Shown here: positions 36,020 to 48,140 of the stretch, in pieces
How the letters are laid out: each line of letters begins with the position of its first letter
Position numbering within the stretch: position 1 is the first letter of the stretch
DNA from: Octopus sinensis
Lineage: Eukaryota
NCBI RefSeq assembly: GCF_006345805.1
Contig: NC_043009.1
Span: forward strand, 56,296,001-56,360,000
DNA length: 64,000 nucleotides
Reading direction: 5' to 3'
Position numbers and translations under genes: made by a program
The notes under the pieces: generated by a model
Databases searched by the model: none
The model's input: the letters and a program-made list of their open reading frames with translations, nothing else
Told to the model about the DNA's origin: nothing

Positions 36020-36219
36020 GGATCTATTCCATCTCAATCACAGATTTTAAAACTTTTTTTTTTACTAAACAGCTTGAAACTTCGAATACTGGTAGAATTT
36101 CTCATGTAGAACATGGTTTACTCTGAACGTTTTAGACAAAATTACACTATTCGAAGTTTCAAACTGTTTAGTTAAAAAAAGTTAATTATAAAAATCTGTG
36201 ATTGAGATGGAATAGATCC
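36020..36219. mobile_element. 200-bp MITE with about 70-bp TIRs and 8-bp TSD, inserted in a family A SINE
   Basis: AGTGTCTT|ggatctattccatctcaatcacagatttt ... aaaatctgtgattgagatggaatagatcc|AGTGTCTT. Confidence 0.9.
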
Positions 36220-39200
36220 AGTGTCTTCTGCTATAGTCTCGGGCCAACCAAAGCCTTGAGTAGATTTGGTAGACAGAAACTGAAAGAAGCCCGTTGTGTG
36301 TGTTATATGTTTGTCCCTCCATCATCACTTGACAACTGATGTTAGTGTCTTTACATCCCCGTAACTTAGTGGTTCAGCAACAGAGACCAATAGGATAAGT
36401 ACTAGGCTTACAAAGAATAAGTCCTGGGGTCAATTTGTTTGACTAAAGGCGGTGCTCCAGCATGGCCAGTCAAATGACTGAAACAAATAAAAGAATATCA
36501 GTTTCTATGAGAAAAGAACAATGTTCATCCTCAAGCCTGCTCTTATTCAAAGGAGTTCCAACCATGGCTATTCCATACTTGTCATGCTCTACTCCCCTAA
36601 ATACTCATGTAAATTCCTCCTTTGCCTCAAAACAGAACAGATGATCGCAGTTAAAACTCTTTTGATTGTACGTTTTTTTTTTTTCAATCTGGCTGATCCA
36701 CGTTTAAATGTATACTCCTTTATGTTACTTTTTGTATATTTTCATGAAGTGGGGAGTGGAGAAGAAACTGAACTGAAAGGTGGTGAGCTGGTAGACAAGA
36801 CATATTTTGTATATGACTAGACCTGTACTGCACTGAGCAAAATGCTTAACAGCATTTCATCTGACTTTACTTTCTGAGTTCAAATTCTGCCTGGGTTGAC
36901 TTTGCCTTTCATCCTTTTGGAGTCAATAAAATAAGTACCTGTTGAACACTGCAGTTGATGTAATTGACTCATCCCATCACATGAAATTGTTGGTCTTGTA
37001 CCAAAATTTGAAACCAATATATTTTCTTTTGCAGCACTTAAATCTATAGTAATTAGTTCCAAAAGCTATACACATCACTGATGGATGCAAAAACACTCCA
37101 AAGAACCTTGATATGTTTCTCACCTCCAAATCCAATATCTATTAAAACTATCACCATCTGTCATGTCATCCAACAACACTATTTTATTTCTACTCACCAC
37201 ACTTTTGCCCCCAGATCTTCTGCCACTTCAAATCAGCTGACTAGTTGGAATTCTGGCAGTTCTATGCTAACCTGGCATGCATGTGCTTCACTCAATTCAT
37301 CAGAAACAGTTATGCAAATGACTATCATGCTCCTTGGAATATGCTGTAGCATTCAATTCAGTTACTGCTTTATATTTGCATGTAGGTTTTGTAGTCTTGT
37401 CACAATATCTTGGAATCATAAATAGCAATACTCATATATGGTACCACCATAAAGATGAACTGATAAACTCACCTTTTAACAGATACCCCACTTTGACCAA
37501 CATTGCTTTTCCTTGGTATAACATATCTATCTGAAGCAATACATTTGGCAAGTTTCTTCACATCTGACACAAGCAAGAGTCATAACTCCAAATATCCTGG
37601 TTTTAGTAGTTCACTTAAAGGAAATCCTTATAACCTGGGGGTATGTAGTGGAATCACCCATCTGTATATGCTGGATAGCTTTTGCCCACACTATAAACTT
37701 ACACGGCTGTGTGGAACAAAGTTTGCCTACGAGCATATGACCACAAGTACACCTGACTCCTTTGCCAAAAGAACCTCTACCAATTTTGAAGTGTCCTCCT
37801 TCATTCCACTTCCCAACCTTAATGGCTCATTAAATATTTTCACATTTGCTGCCCATGTTAGAGCCAAATTCACATTCAGAGTAAAACTTCTCTAAAACAA
37901 TTCCTCTCCACTATGTATACAGATAATGCACACAACAGTACCAGTGGTTGTTTCAACCCCTCCCATTACTTTCAAACAATGTGCCAGCAAATAAGCCCCC
38001 AACTACATTAAGCTTTTCGATTCTTTATATAAAAGGACAACCCCACTGTCAGCCTATTGCTTTCATTCTGAACACCTCAAGGATGATAGAAACACTTAAC
38101 AAAAACAGCAACCATAACTGCTAACACCTTGAATCTTCTCATTTATGATAACTAGTATGGCTTCTGTAAAGTTAGAGCAACTAAAGATCTGCTCTTCTAT
38201 ATCACTCACCACTAGGTATTTACTATTCAGAAATTTAGTGAAAATGTTATTGCACTAGATACCAATAAAGCATCTGTATTTAATTTAATTTAATTTATGC
38301 AATCATACCTTCATTTCAGATGTTCATTGTGGAATTTCTTTCAGGATTCCATGGTGCTGAGAAACAATTTGCTTTTAATGATTAAAAATTAGTAATTTTA
38401 AGTAATAAATTTTGTTTCGCCATTACCTGACAACATGAAATACTTATATATCTTCAAAGACAAAGTTTTAATGATGATTTATCCCATGGGTAGTGTTCCC
38501 CTCCAATCTATGTACTTATGAGTGCATACATTTTCCAATTAGGTAAGAAACTAACAGAATTTCAAATACAATAAATGTGCACCCTTAATTGTACATTTGT
38601 TCTTGTTACTTTTTAATGTCTTCCTTTAAGCACTAGCCTTTTATCTAAGAATCATAGACTAAATATCAATTTAACACAGTAACACGAGCATGATCAATAG
38701 ATCTCTCAGTCTATTCTCAAAAGGCCAAGTCAGAAAAAAAAAGAAAATAATTCATTCTCTCCAGCTGGACATCATTTATTGTGATGATAAACCCTGCACA
38801 AATTTTCTATTGGCTTGCACTAATTTTCAGACCAATGCATCTTGAAACATTCAGGATTCCATACAGTATAATCTTGAGATCATCCTCCAAGGAGAAACTA
38901 GTGCATCACCAGGTGGTAGATATGATATTCACCTCAAAGACCAATATATAAATAAATGTAAAGTACTTTACAGAAATGAGACAAGTGCAGGGGTAACTCA
39001 GGTTTTATGCAGTAGTTGTAGTTCTATGCGGACCATTGTAGCTTATGAATGTGACTGGGGAGAGGGGAATTGAGTTATCAATCACTCGAGTTTCCAACCA
39101 TGTATCTTAATCCAATATCAGACCTAACTTTTGCCACAAATTAAGATATGACAATAATTGCAGTTGTTCTTAGGACACCAAAACATACTTCAAACATTTG

Positions 39201-39804
39201 CTTCAAATAGATGCAAGCTCTTTTTATTTCATATATTGTTCAATCCAAGGATGAGAGGCAATGCTCAAGACCTTTGTAGACTCCCAGTTAGGTATTCTAT
39301 TTGGAATCCTGCAAGTTGATAGCTATAAGAAAACATGGGACAAGAGATTGCTGCAAAGCTACAGATCTATGGAAGATGAATTGAGTAAAGTCAGATATTG
39401 TAGGAATGAAGGACAGTTAGCTGCAAGAAGAGGCGGTATGTGATGAAAAGAAACCATTATTGTAGGTGTAGCAGACAGAGAAACATAGCATATTTATATG
39501 CCATTTTTAGCATGTTTGTGAGTGCATCTTTGTCAATCAACCTGTACAAAATGCAAGTTCATCCTACATTTGAATATATGCTAGAATTTGTACCAAAAGC
39601 AGAATGACTTTTTACAATAGCACCACTCCACAAATTGTAGGGAGGTGCTACTGTCAACATATACCTAATGCAAGCATTCCAAGAGCAAAGTTGTAGGTTT
39701 TACCAATAATCTTGTGCAAATATTTCAATATTTTATTTTCATTTCTATGTTTAAAAGACTAATATTTTTGTAGATTACAGATACAACTGTTTGTAAAATT
39801 CCAA

Positions 39805-42800
39805 ACAGGGGCATCAAGCTGTTGGATCAGGTAATGAAGGTTACGGAGAGGGTTATAGCCCAGTTAATTAGAGAGAGAGTTAGCTTAGATGATATGCAGT
39901 TTGGGTTCGTGCCAGGGAAAAGTACTACTGATGCTATATTCCTGGTAAGACAGCTGCAGGAGAAATACCTAGCCAAAGGTAAGCCCTTGTACCTGGCTTT
40001 TGTTGACTTAGAGAAAGCCTTTGACAGGGTCCCCCGATCTCTTATCTGGTGGTCAATGAGGAAACTAGGGATAGATGAATGGTTAGTGAGAGCTGTGCAA
40101 GCCATGTACAGAGACGCAGCTAGTAAGGTGAGGTTTGGCAACGAGTACAGTGAAGAATTCCGGGTAGAGGTTGGGGTCCACCAAGGTTCAGTCCTCAGCC
40201 CCCTCCTATTTATCATAGTCCTCCAGGCAATAACGGAAGAATTTAAGACAGGATGCCCCTGGGAGCTCCTATATGCTGATGACCTGACCTTGCTCTAATT
40301 GCTGAGTCACTATCAGAACTGGAGGAGAAGTTTCAGGTGTGGAAACAAGGATTAGAATCGAAGGGCCTTAGAATCAACCTAGCCAAAACCAAAGTCCTAA
40401 TAAGTAGGAAGGTGGACCAATCACAAACGACTTCAGGTAGATGGCCCTGCTCGATCTGTAAAAAAGGTGTAGGTAGAAACTCTATAAGGTGCACCAAGTG
40501 TAAGCTATGGACACATAAGAGGTGCAGCAATGTCAAAGGAAGGCTAACTAAGAAAATAGTTTTTGTCTGTGGCAGATGCTCAAGAGAAATAAACACTGGA
40601 AATGTGCAGAAACCAACTTCTACCACGTTCCAGGGAGACAAACTAGAAGTAGTTGATAGCTTCCGCTACCTAGGAGACCAAGTCAGTAGCGGGGGTGGGT
40701 GTGCTGAAAGTGTAACTGCTAGAGTAAGAATAGCCTGGGCAAAGTTCAGAGAGCTCTTACCCCTGCTGGTGACAAAAGGCCTCTCGCTAAGAGTAAAAGG
40801 CAGACTATATGATGCGTGTGTACGTACAGCCTGCTACATGGTAGTGAAACATGGGCCGTGACAGCTGAGGATATGCGTAAGCTTGCAAGAAATGAAGCCA
40901 GTATGCTCCGATGGATGTGTATCATCAGTCATTCAATAATCGTCAGAGTGTAAGTACTTTGAGAGAAAAGTTGAACCTAAGAAGTGTCAGTTGTGGTGTG
41001 CAAGAGAGACGGCTGCGCTGGTATGGTCATGTGACGAGAATGGCTGAAGATAGTTGTGTGCAAAAGTGCTACACCCACTAGCAGTTGAGGGAAACTGTGG
41101 AAGAGGTAGACCCAGGAAAACCTGGGACGAGGTGGTGAAGCACGACCTTCGAACTTTAGGTCTCACCAAGGAAATGACTGAAGACCGAGTCCTATGGAAG
41201 TGTGCTGTGCATGAGAGGACCCGGCAGGACTAGTCAGGCCATATCCCGTGGCCCCTACCTGGGACGTAGTCGATCCACCTGTGCATACCTTCCTTCTTGT
41301 GACACTTGTGAAGACCTGCTGAGGCAAGTGAAAATCAAATCAAAATAGATGAACATCAATGGAATTTGTATCTTTGTGGTACCAGTGCCTGTGGCACACA
41401 AGAAAACCATCCGAACGTGGCCGTAGCCAGTACCGCATCGACTCGCCTCCGTGCTGTGGGAACCATCCGAAGACCCGGCAAGACTAGTCAGGTCATAACC
41501 CGTGGGCCCTACCTGGGACGTAGTCAGTCCACCTGTACATACCTTCCTTCTTGCGACACTTGTGAAGACCTGTTGAGGCAAGTGAAAATCAAAACAAATC
41601 AAAATAGATGAACATCAATGGAATTTGTATCTTTGTGGTACCAGTGCCGGTGGCACACAAGAATCCATCCGAACGTGGCCGTAGTCAGTATCGCTTGTGG
41701 TACCAGTGCCGGTGGCACACAAGAATCCATCCAAACGTGGACGTAGTCTGTACCGCATCACTGGCCATCGTGCTGTGGGCACATAAAAACACCATCCGGT
41801 CGTGGCCGTTCGCCAGCCTCATCTAGCACCTGTGTCGGTGGCACATAAAAAGTAGTCAGTACCGCTTGTGGTACCAGTGACGGTGGCACACAAGAATCCA
41901 TCCGAACATGGCCGTAGTCAGTACCGCATCACTGGCCATCGTGCTGTGGGCACATAACAAACACCATCCGGTCGTGGCCGTTCGCCAGCCTCATCTAGCA
42001 CCTGTGTCGGTGGCACATAAAAACACCATCCGAAGACCCGGCAAGACTAGTCAGGCCATAAACCATGGCCCCTACCTGGGACGTAGTCAGTCCACCTGTG
42101 CATACCTTCCTCCTTGTGATACTTGTGAAGGCCTGTTGAGGCAAGTGAAAATCAAAATCAAAATCAAATCAAAACAAATCAAAATAGATGAACATCAATG
42201 GAATTTGTATCTTGCGGTACCAGTGCCGGTGGCACACAAGAGAAAACCATCCGAAAGTGGCCGTAGCCAGTACCGCATCGACTGGCCTCCGTGCTGTGGG
42301 CACATGACAAACACCATCCGATCGTGGCCGTTCGCCAGCCTCATCTAGCACCTGTGTCGGTGGCACATAAAAACACCATCCGAAGACCCGGCAAGACTAG
42401 TCAGGCCATAACCCATGGCCCCTACCTGGGACGTAGTCAGTCCACCTGTGCATACCTTCCTTCTTGTGACACTTGTGAAGACCTGTTGAGGCAAGTGAAA
42501 ATCAAAATAAATCAAAATAGATGAACATCAATGGAATCTGTATCTTTGTGGTACCAGTGCCGGTGGCACACAAGAGAACCATCCGAACGTGGCCGTAGCC
42601 AGTTCCGCATCGACCGGCCTCCGTGCTGTGGGCACGTAACAAACACCATCCGATCATGGCCGTTCGCCAGCCTCATCTGGCACCTGTGTCGGTGGCACAT
42701 AAAAACACCTTCCGAAGACCCGGCAAGACTAGTCAGTCCACCTGTGCATACCTTCCTTCTTGTGACACTTGTGAAGACCGGTTGAGGCAAGTGAAAATCA

Positions 42801-43631
42801 AAAAATCAAATCAAATCAAATCAAAATAGACAAAATAGATGAACATCAATGGAATTTGTATCTTGTGGTACCAGTGCCTGTGGCACACAAGAAATCCATC
42901 AGTGCTGTAGTCAGTGCGATGGGCACATGACAAACACCATCCGATCGTGGCCGTTCGCCAGCCTCATCTAGCACCTGTGTCGGTGGCACATAAAAACACC
43001 ATCCGAAGACCCGGCAAGACTAGTCAGGCCATAACCCATGGCCCCTACCTGGGACGTAGTCAGTCCACCTGTGCATACCTTCCTTCTTGTGACACTTGTG
43101 AAGACCTGTTGAGGCAAGTGAAAATCAAAACAAATCAAAATAGATGAACATCAATGGAATTTGTATCTTTGTGGTACCAGTGCCGGTGGCACGTGGAACA
43201 CAAGAAAACCATCCGAACGTGGCCGTAGCCAGTACCGCATCGACTGGCCTCCGTGCTGTGGGCACGTAACAAGCACCATCCGATCGTGGCCGTTTGCCAG
43301 CCTCATCTGGCACCTGTGTCGTGGCACATAAAAACACCATCCGAGCGTGGCCGTCTGCCAGCCTCGTCTGGCACCTGTGTCGGTGGCACATAAAAAAACC
43401 ATCCGAGCGTGGCCGTTTGCCAGCCTCGTCTGGCACCTGTGTCGGTGGCACATAAAATCACCCACTACACTCTCGGAGTGGTTGGCGTTAGGAAGGGCAT
43501 CCAGCTGTAGAAACACTGCCAGATCTGACTGGACTGGTGCAGCTTTCGGGCTCCCCAGACCCCAGTTGAACCGTCCAACCCATGCTAGCATGGAAAGCGG
43601 ACGTTAAATGATGATGATGATGATGATGATT
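39805..43631 (+). mobile_element. Second copy of the RTE LINE: 5'-truncated at the RT start, frameshifted, with 3'UTR amplified to about 2.4 kb; (GAT)n tail
   Basis: Near-identical peptide to 7178-9931. A 5-bp duplication (gacct) right after YADD gives a stop at 40296-40298; 1-bp deletion near 40835; ORF-end TAG at 41231-41233; tail at 43460-43631. Confidence 0.95.
41219..43460 (+). repeat. Complex higher-order tandem repeat in LINE 3'UTR (six units starting at 41219, 41473, 42036, 42386, 42718, 43009)
   Basis: acccggca(a/g)gactagtcag recurs six times; sub-repeats gtgccggtggcaca and ccatccga.cgtggccgt within the units. Confidence 0.9.
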
Positions 43632-45379
43632 ACTCATATATGATATGATGTATAAGGATTTCTTTCATTGGCACAAAATTGAACCAACCCCAATATATGC
43701 ATACTTACTTTGGAATGATAAACACAAAACATTAAGTATAATGCTGTACGGTTTCCTTGTTCCACCTCTTTCAAGTAAATACTGCGAAAATCCATATGTA
43801 ATATCCTACTATACGTGCAAAGCATCTCCATTTTGGAGCATAGATTGTTTTAATAACCTTATAACAAAAACACACAACTGCTACAATAATCTATTAGTCT
43901 TTACTATTTCATTTTATATAAAATGTAGATCTATAATGATAATCTACATAACACTTTATTACATCATTATTTTGTTTTAATAAATATGGATAGGAAAAAC
44001 TTGTAGCCTTTACTATGCACTTGCCTAATTTTAATCTTCACTCAGGTTTTTAAAAAAAGTGCATATTAACATGAAGTTCTACGATACATTCTTACTTGTA
44101 TAGAACTACATGATCTCTAACATTGGTTAGGAGAAAAGGCAGTGTTTATGACCCTTTGCGGAGCCTGACATTGGAGGTATAAAGAGGAGTAGATATTCTC
44201 AAACTTGAGTGTTTACAATGAGCAAAATAGTGTATGAAGGGAAAGAACTTTGATCAGTTTACAAGAAGTTCTAGATTCCGTCCAACCATCCCATTTTTAA
44301 AAATATGATCAAAATCTTTATTTAGTAAATATAAACTACTGGCTTGTAAAATTTGATAGGACTTTTGCATCTCATTTATGATAAGGAATTCTGTAATATG
44401 TGGCCTTACTGGTTCAACATACCAGGAGAAAAAAAAAAGCATGGCTCAAAAAATTCTTGATTAACATTCTCCACACCTAATTTAACTAGCAATCTAGTGT
44501 TAGCTTTCTTAAATGGGATTTCAATGATGTAGCTGGATTGGAGAATTTCCCTAATCTATTAAAAGGAATGATGCAATTTCCAGAAAAGTTATTTTTCTTT
44601 AAAGAACGGAAGATAATTAATGACGAAAATAGCAGAGCTGTATTGCCCTGAGTTACATGGAAACTAATATACTAAAAAAAAAAAAAATGGAGAGGAAAAG
44701 TTATTTATGAGAGACAACTCCAAAATTTTACGATTAATTCATTATTGTCTGTAATCAAATTGTTTTACAACTTTTCATAGAATTAAAGCATTTTAAATTT
44801 AATTTCTGAACGGTTGCGGCTGATTGTCAAAATAGGTCTCCGATTTTCGATACTGAACAATTCTACAAAAGGTCGCTTTTTTTTTTTCTCTTTTATTCCT
44901 TAAACCATCCAAACAATTTTGTGCGTGGAAATCTGAGACTGTTGGTTTGGAAGACCGAAAACTCTTAGAAATTTTCTGAAAGGTGTATCGTCGAGAACGC
45001 TTTCGTTGTGCTTAATTAAAAATTATAATTACAATTGGTTGATTCAAAAATACCCTCACCTCAGCAGTTGGGACATTTCATTGACAATATAGGAGTAAAA
45101 AGAAAGTTGACTCGCTGCTGGATTCAAACTCCGATAACTGACAGTGTTGACAGGTGAGATATTGAATCATATTAAATACGCCAAGGCACAGACATTAATA
45201 TGGAAGTCTTGTTTGAGAGAGCCTGAAAAGGTGACTGCTGGGTTTACCCACAGTGGTTTTTAAAAAATGTAGAAGATAATTCATTTTAGTAGCATACTAT
45301 TCTGTTAGCAAATATTTTTTTTCTTATACACACACATACAGCCTCGCTTGTTTGGGGGGTTAATTTAAATTACTTTTTT

Positions 45380-45870
45380 TGTGTGTTTATATCCCCAAAA
45401 TGGTCCACGGGCTGCATCAAACAACTAAATGTGTTTATGGGAAGAAAAATATTTTAAAATATCAATACACGAGTGATAAAGAAACGAGGAAGGTGATCGT
45501 GCGTTGTGCTAGAAATAACAGCCAAATCTCCCTTAAATCACTTTTTCCTCCGAAAATATTTGCAATTTTTTTTTGACCAAAACGGCTTCTCCCACGGTTT
45601 TTAAACGCATAGTGCCGAATAAATTGTCCAAAATTGGTCCGGGATGGGGGGTGAAAGATTTCCAAAAAATATTTTTTTCATATAAAGATGCCTCTCATCA
45701 TTTCGAAGACAACGAGAAAAAATAACTGGAAAATTCCCCGTCAAAACGGAGAAATTCCAACTTATGTGGGCGTCTTAATGCGAAACTCCATGCCTCGGCC
45801 AGCTTTTTAAAAAGGAAACTTATGAATTTCGTTCTAAAAATATTTCCCGGTTATTTGGCTCTGAGCGACA
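45380..45870. mobile_element. CpG-rich interspersed repeat, probably a non-autonomous DNA element; related piece at about 58880-59200
   Basis: Shared aacggct(t/c)ctccca(c/t)(g/a)gtttttaa ... ccaaaa(t)tggtccgg motif in both places. Confidence 0.4.
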
Positions 45871-46739
45871 TCAAAATTTTAAAGAAAGACTACAAAAATG
45901 TCTTTGCTTACGAAACTTTTCGCTATCAATGATTCCTCCCAAGAAATGCTATCCCAAAATAAAAACGAAACAATTTTACTAAGCTCTGAAACGCCGCTGG
46001 CCATGTCATTTAGTGACCATTGTGAAAACAATAATCTCGAGGGCTCTAGTCGCCGAAAAAAACTCATTCATTTACTTCATAGACACGCCTCCATAAACAG
46101 GTTCCAAAGATTCGTGTAACAGAACATTCTCCAGAAAGTGAATGAACTGTTCTAGCTTATTTTGTGAAATTTTGTTGTGTTTAGGGAGGGTCATTAGGCA
46201 CAAATAGAAAAACGAAGTAAACCCTAGAATGACTTTCCAAAGAAAATCACGAAAACCATACCTATAGCTTTACGGACAACCTCAAGACCTGAAAATCTGA
46301 ATTTTAATAAACATTATATAAAACAATGTTACCTTTTTATGCATTTAATAACATTACTTTGAAATGGTGATTAGCATTTCTTTTTCCTATATATATATAA
46401 ATAAATGTTTGTCAAATTTTATTAAAAGAATCCTTGCTTTGCGGGGACCCTAGCACCACTCTGTTTCTTTATTAGCCACGAGGGCGCAACATAGAGGGGG
46501 ACAAACAAGGACAGACACAACACCACAGTGTGGACAATACTCATGACAAGGTAAACAAACGGAAAAAAAAAATATCAAATACCTTTTTACCAAAAAACAA
46601 GCGTTTTCAGTGCTAAACATATAAAATAAAAAGTGGAGTGTGGTGTTTGTTTTTGGGTTGTTTTTTTTACTAAATATTACTCATAAATAGTATACAGCTA
46701 CCATTCATATTTAAATTAAAGCAATTCTAATTCATTACA

Positions 46740-47435
46740 ATTTGTTAGGGGTGATATTTAGCTCACCAGTAAATGGAACGCTCCAAAATACCGGATATAA
46801 TTTGATATTTGAAAAGCCAAGTATTTTCCTAATTGCGAAACGATTCTTTCATTCGGTAAAAAGGTGTTCTTTATTTAATATTCTCGTCATTCGTAGAATT
46901 TCTTATTCCAGCCAGTCTTAGTGTTGAGGGAGAAAAAAACCAACAGAATAACATCCCAGTCAATATAAATGGTTTCATATCCTCATAATTTTTGCTGTGT
47001 TACTGTAAAAAAATTACTGACCTTAACTTACGAAATTACTTGTTAAAATAATTTGTCTTTAAATGAAAAAACATTTAAAATATTTTCTCTCTTCTTCGAC
47101 ATTTTTCTTTGGTTTAAGTATATATACTATTGTGCAGCCGAATATTCGTAATCGTATTGTCTTAAAACTTGCTTTTTAATACATTTATAGCCATTAAATA
47201 TGAAAATATATTATTTTTTAAATAATAAATAAGTCTGCTTAATCAAAGTCTTTCCGTTTTGTTTTTGATTCAGTACGATATTTCGGCTAAGAAAAAGTGC
47301 GTGAAACCGAATCCCACTGAAAAGAAGCGCTTGGCTTCGGTCTTTGAAACTTCCGTTGTGCAAAAAAAATAAAAACATCTGTAAAGGTACGGCGGCTACT
47401 CTGCAGTTGTTTACGTCCAAACTACACGGCCAACT
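46740..47435. promoter_or_regulatory. Probable DRAP1 promoter / 5'UTR region
   Basis: Local CpG enrichment against a CpG-poor background directly upstream of the ATG; no individual motif asserted. Confidence 0.45.
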
Positions 47436-48140
47436 ATGCCCAATAAAAAAAAGAAATACAATGCCAGATTTCCGCCGGCAAGAATTAAAAAGATAATGCA
47501 AACTGATGAAGATGTAGGCAAGGTTGCTGCTGCCGTACCTGTTATCATATCCCGAGCTTTAGAACTCTTCATTGAATCGCTCATTTTAAAAGCTAGTGAA
47601 ACTACCCAAGCACGACATGCGAAAACCTTGACAACGGCACATATTAAGCAAACTATTGAATCGGAAAAGAAGTTTGATTTCCTTCGTGATTTGGTTGTCA
47701 ATATCACTGATCACCAGACGGAAGAAGAAATAGAAAGCAACGCTAATTTGGCAGAAACCGGGAAAAAATGTGGAAAGATCACCGCAAATCGTGGACCTCG
47801 GAAGAGGAAAGATTCCCTTACATGTGCCGAACTTCTTCGGACGAAAGAAAGAACGATATCAAATGATGTTCCGGAAGATGATAATGACGAAACAGATGAA
47901 GCAGACAGCGATGATACGGATCAAACTGAAGAGATAAGTAACGCTAGTAAATGTCGGATCATTCCTCCTTCTATTGCAGATGAGACCCCACCTGTGCCCC
48001 AAACTAGCAGTAATGGGTTTCCCCAGGTGAGTTCTTTACCACGAGCTCCTGTTTTATTTCCTCCAACTTCTATTCCCAGAGTATTTACACCTGTACATTT
48101 GAAAGGACAGCAACAAGAAGATGATGATTACGATACTTGA
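47436..48140 (+). CDS. DRAP1: Dr1-associated corepressor (NC2 alpha), histone-fold protein, 234 aa, single coding exon
   Basis: [44 protein letters not shown]...[18 protein letters not shown] is the DRAP1 signature; acidic and Pro-rich tail ending EDDDYD. Confidence 0.96.
   Translation: MPNKKKKYNARFPPARIKKIMQTDEDVGKVAAAVPVIISRALELFIESLILKASETTQARHAKTLTTAHIKQTIESEKKFDFLRDLVVNITDHQTEEEIESNANLAETGKKCGKITANRGPRKRKDSLTCAELLRTKERTISNDVPEDDNDETDEADSDDTDQTEEISNASKCRIIPPSIADETPPVPQTSSNGFPQVSSLPRAPVLFPPTSIPRVFTPVHLKGQQQEDDDYDT

Noticed and set aside
41219-43460. CRISPR-like array
   Set aside because: The units are wholly repeated with no unique spacers, there are no cas genes, the context is eukaryotic, and it lies in a LINE 3'UTR.
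45879-46119. Overlapping 62-73 aa ORFs upstream of DRAP1
   Set aside because: No homology recognised; the length is within chance expectation.
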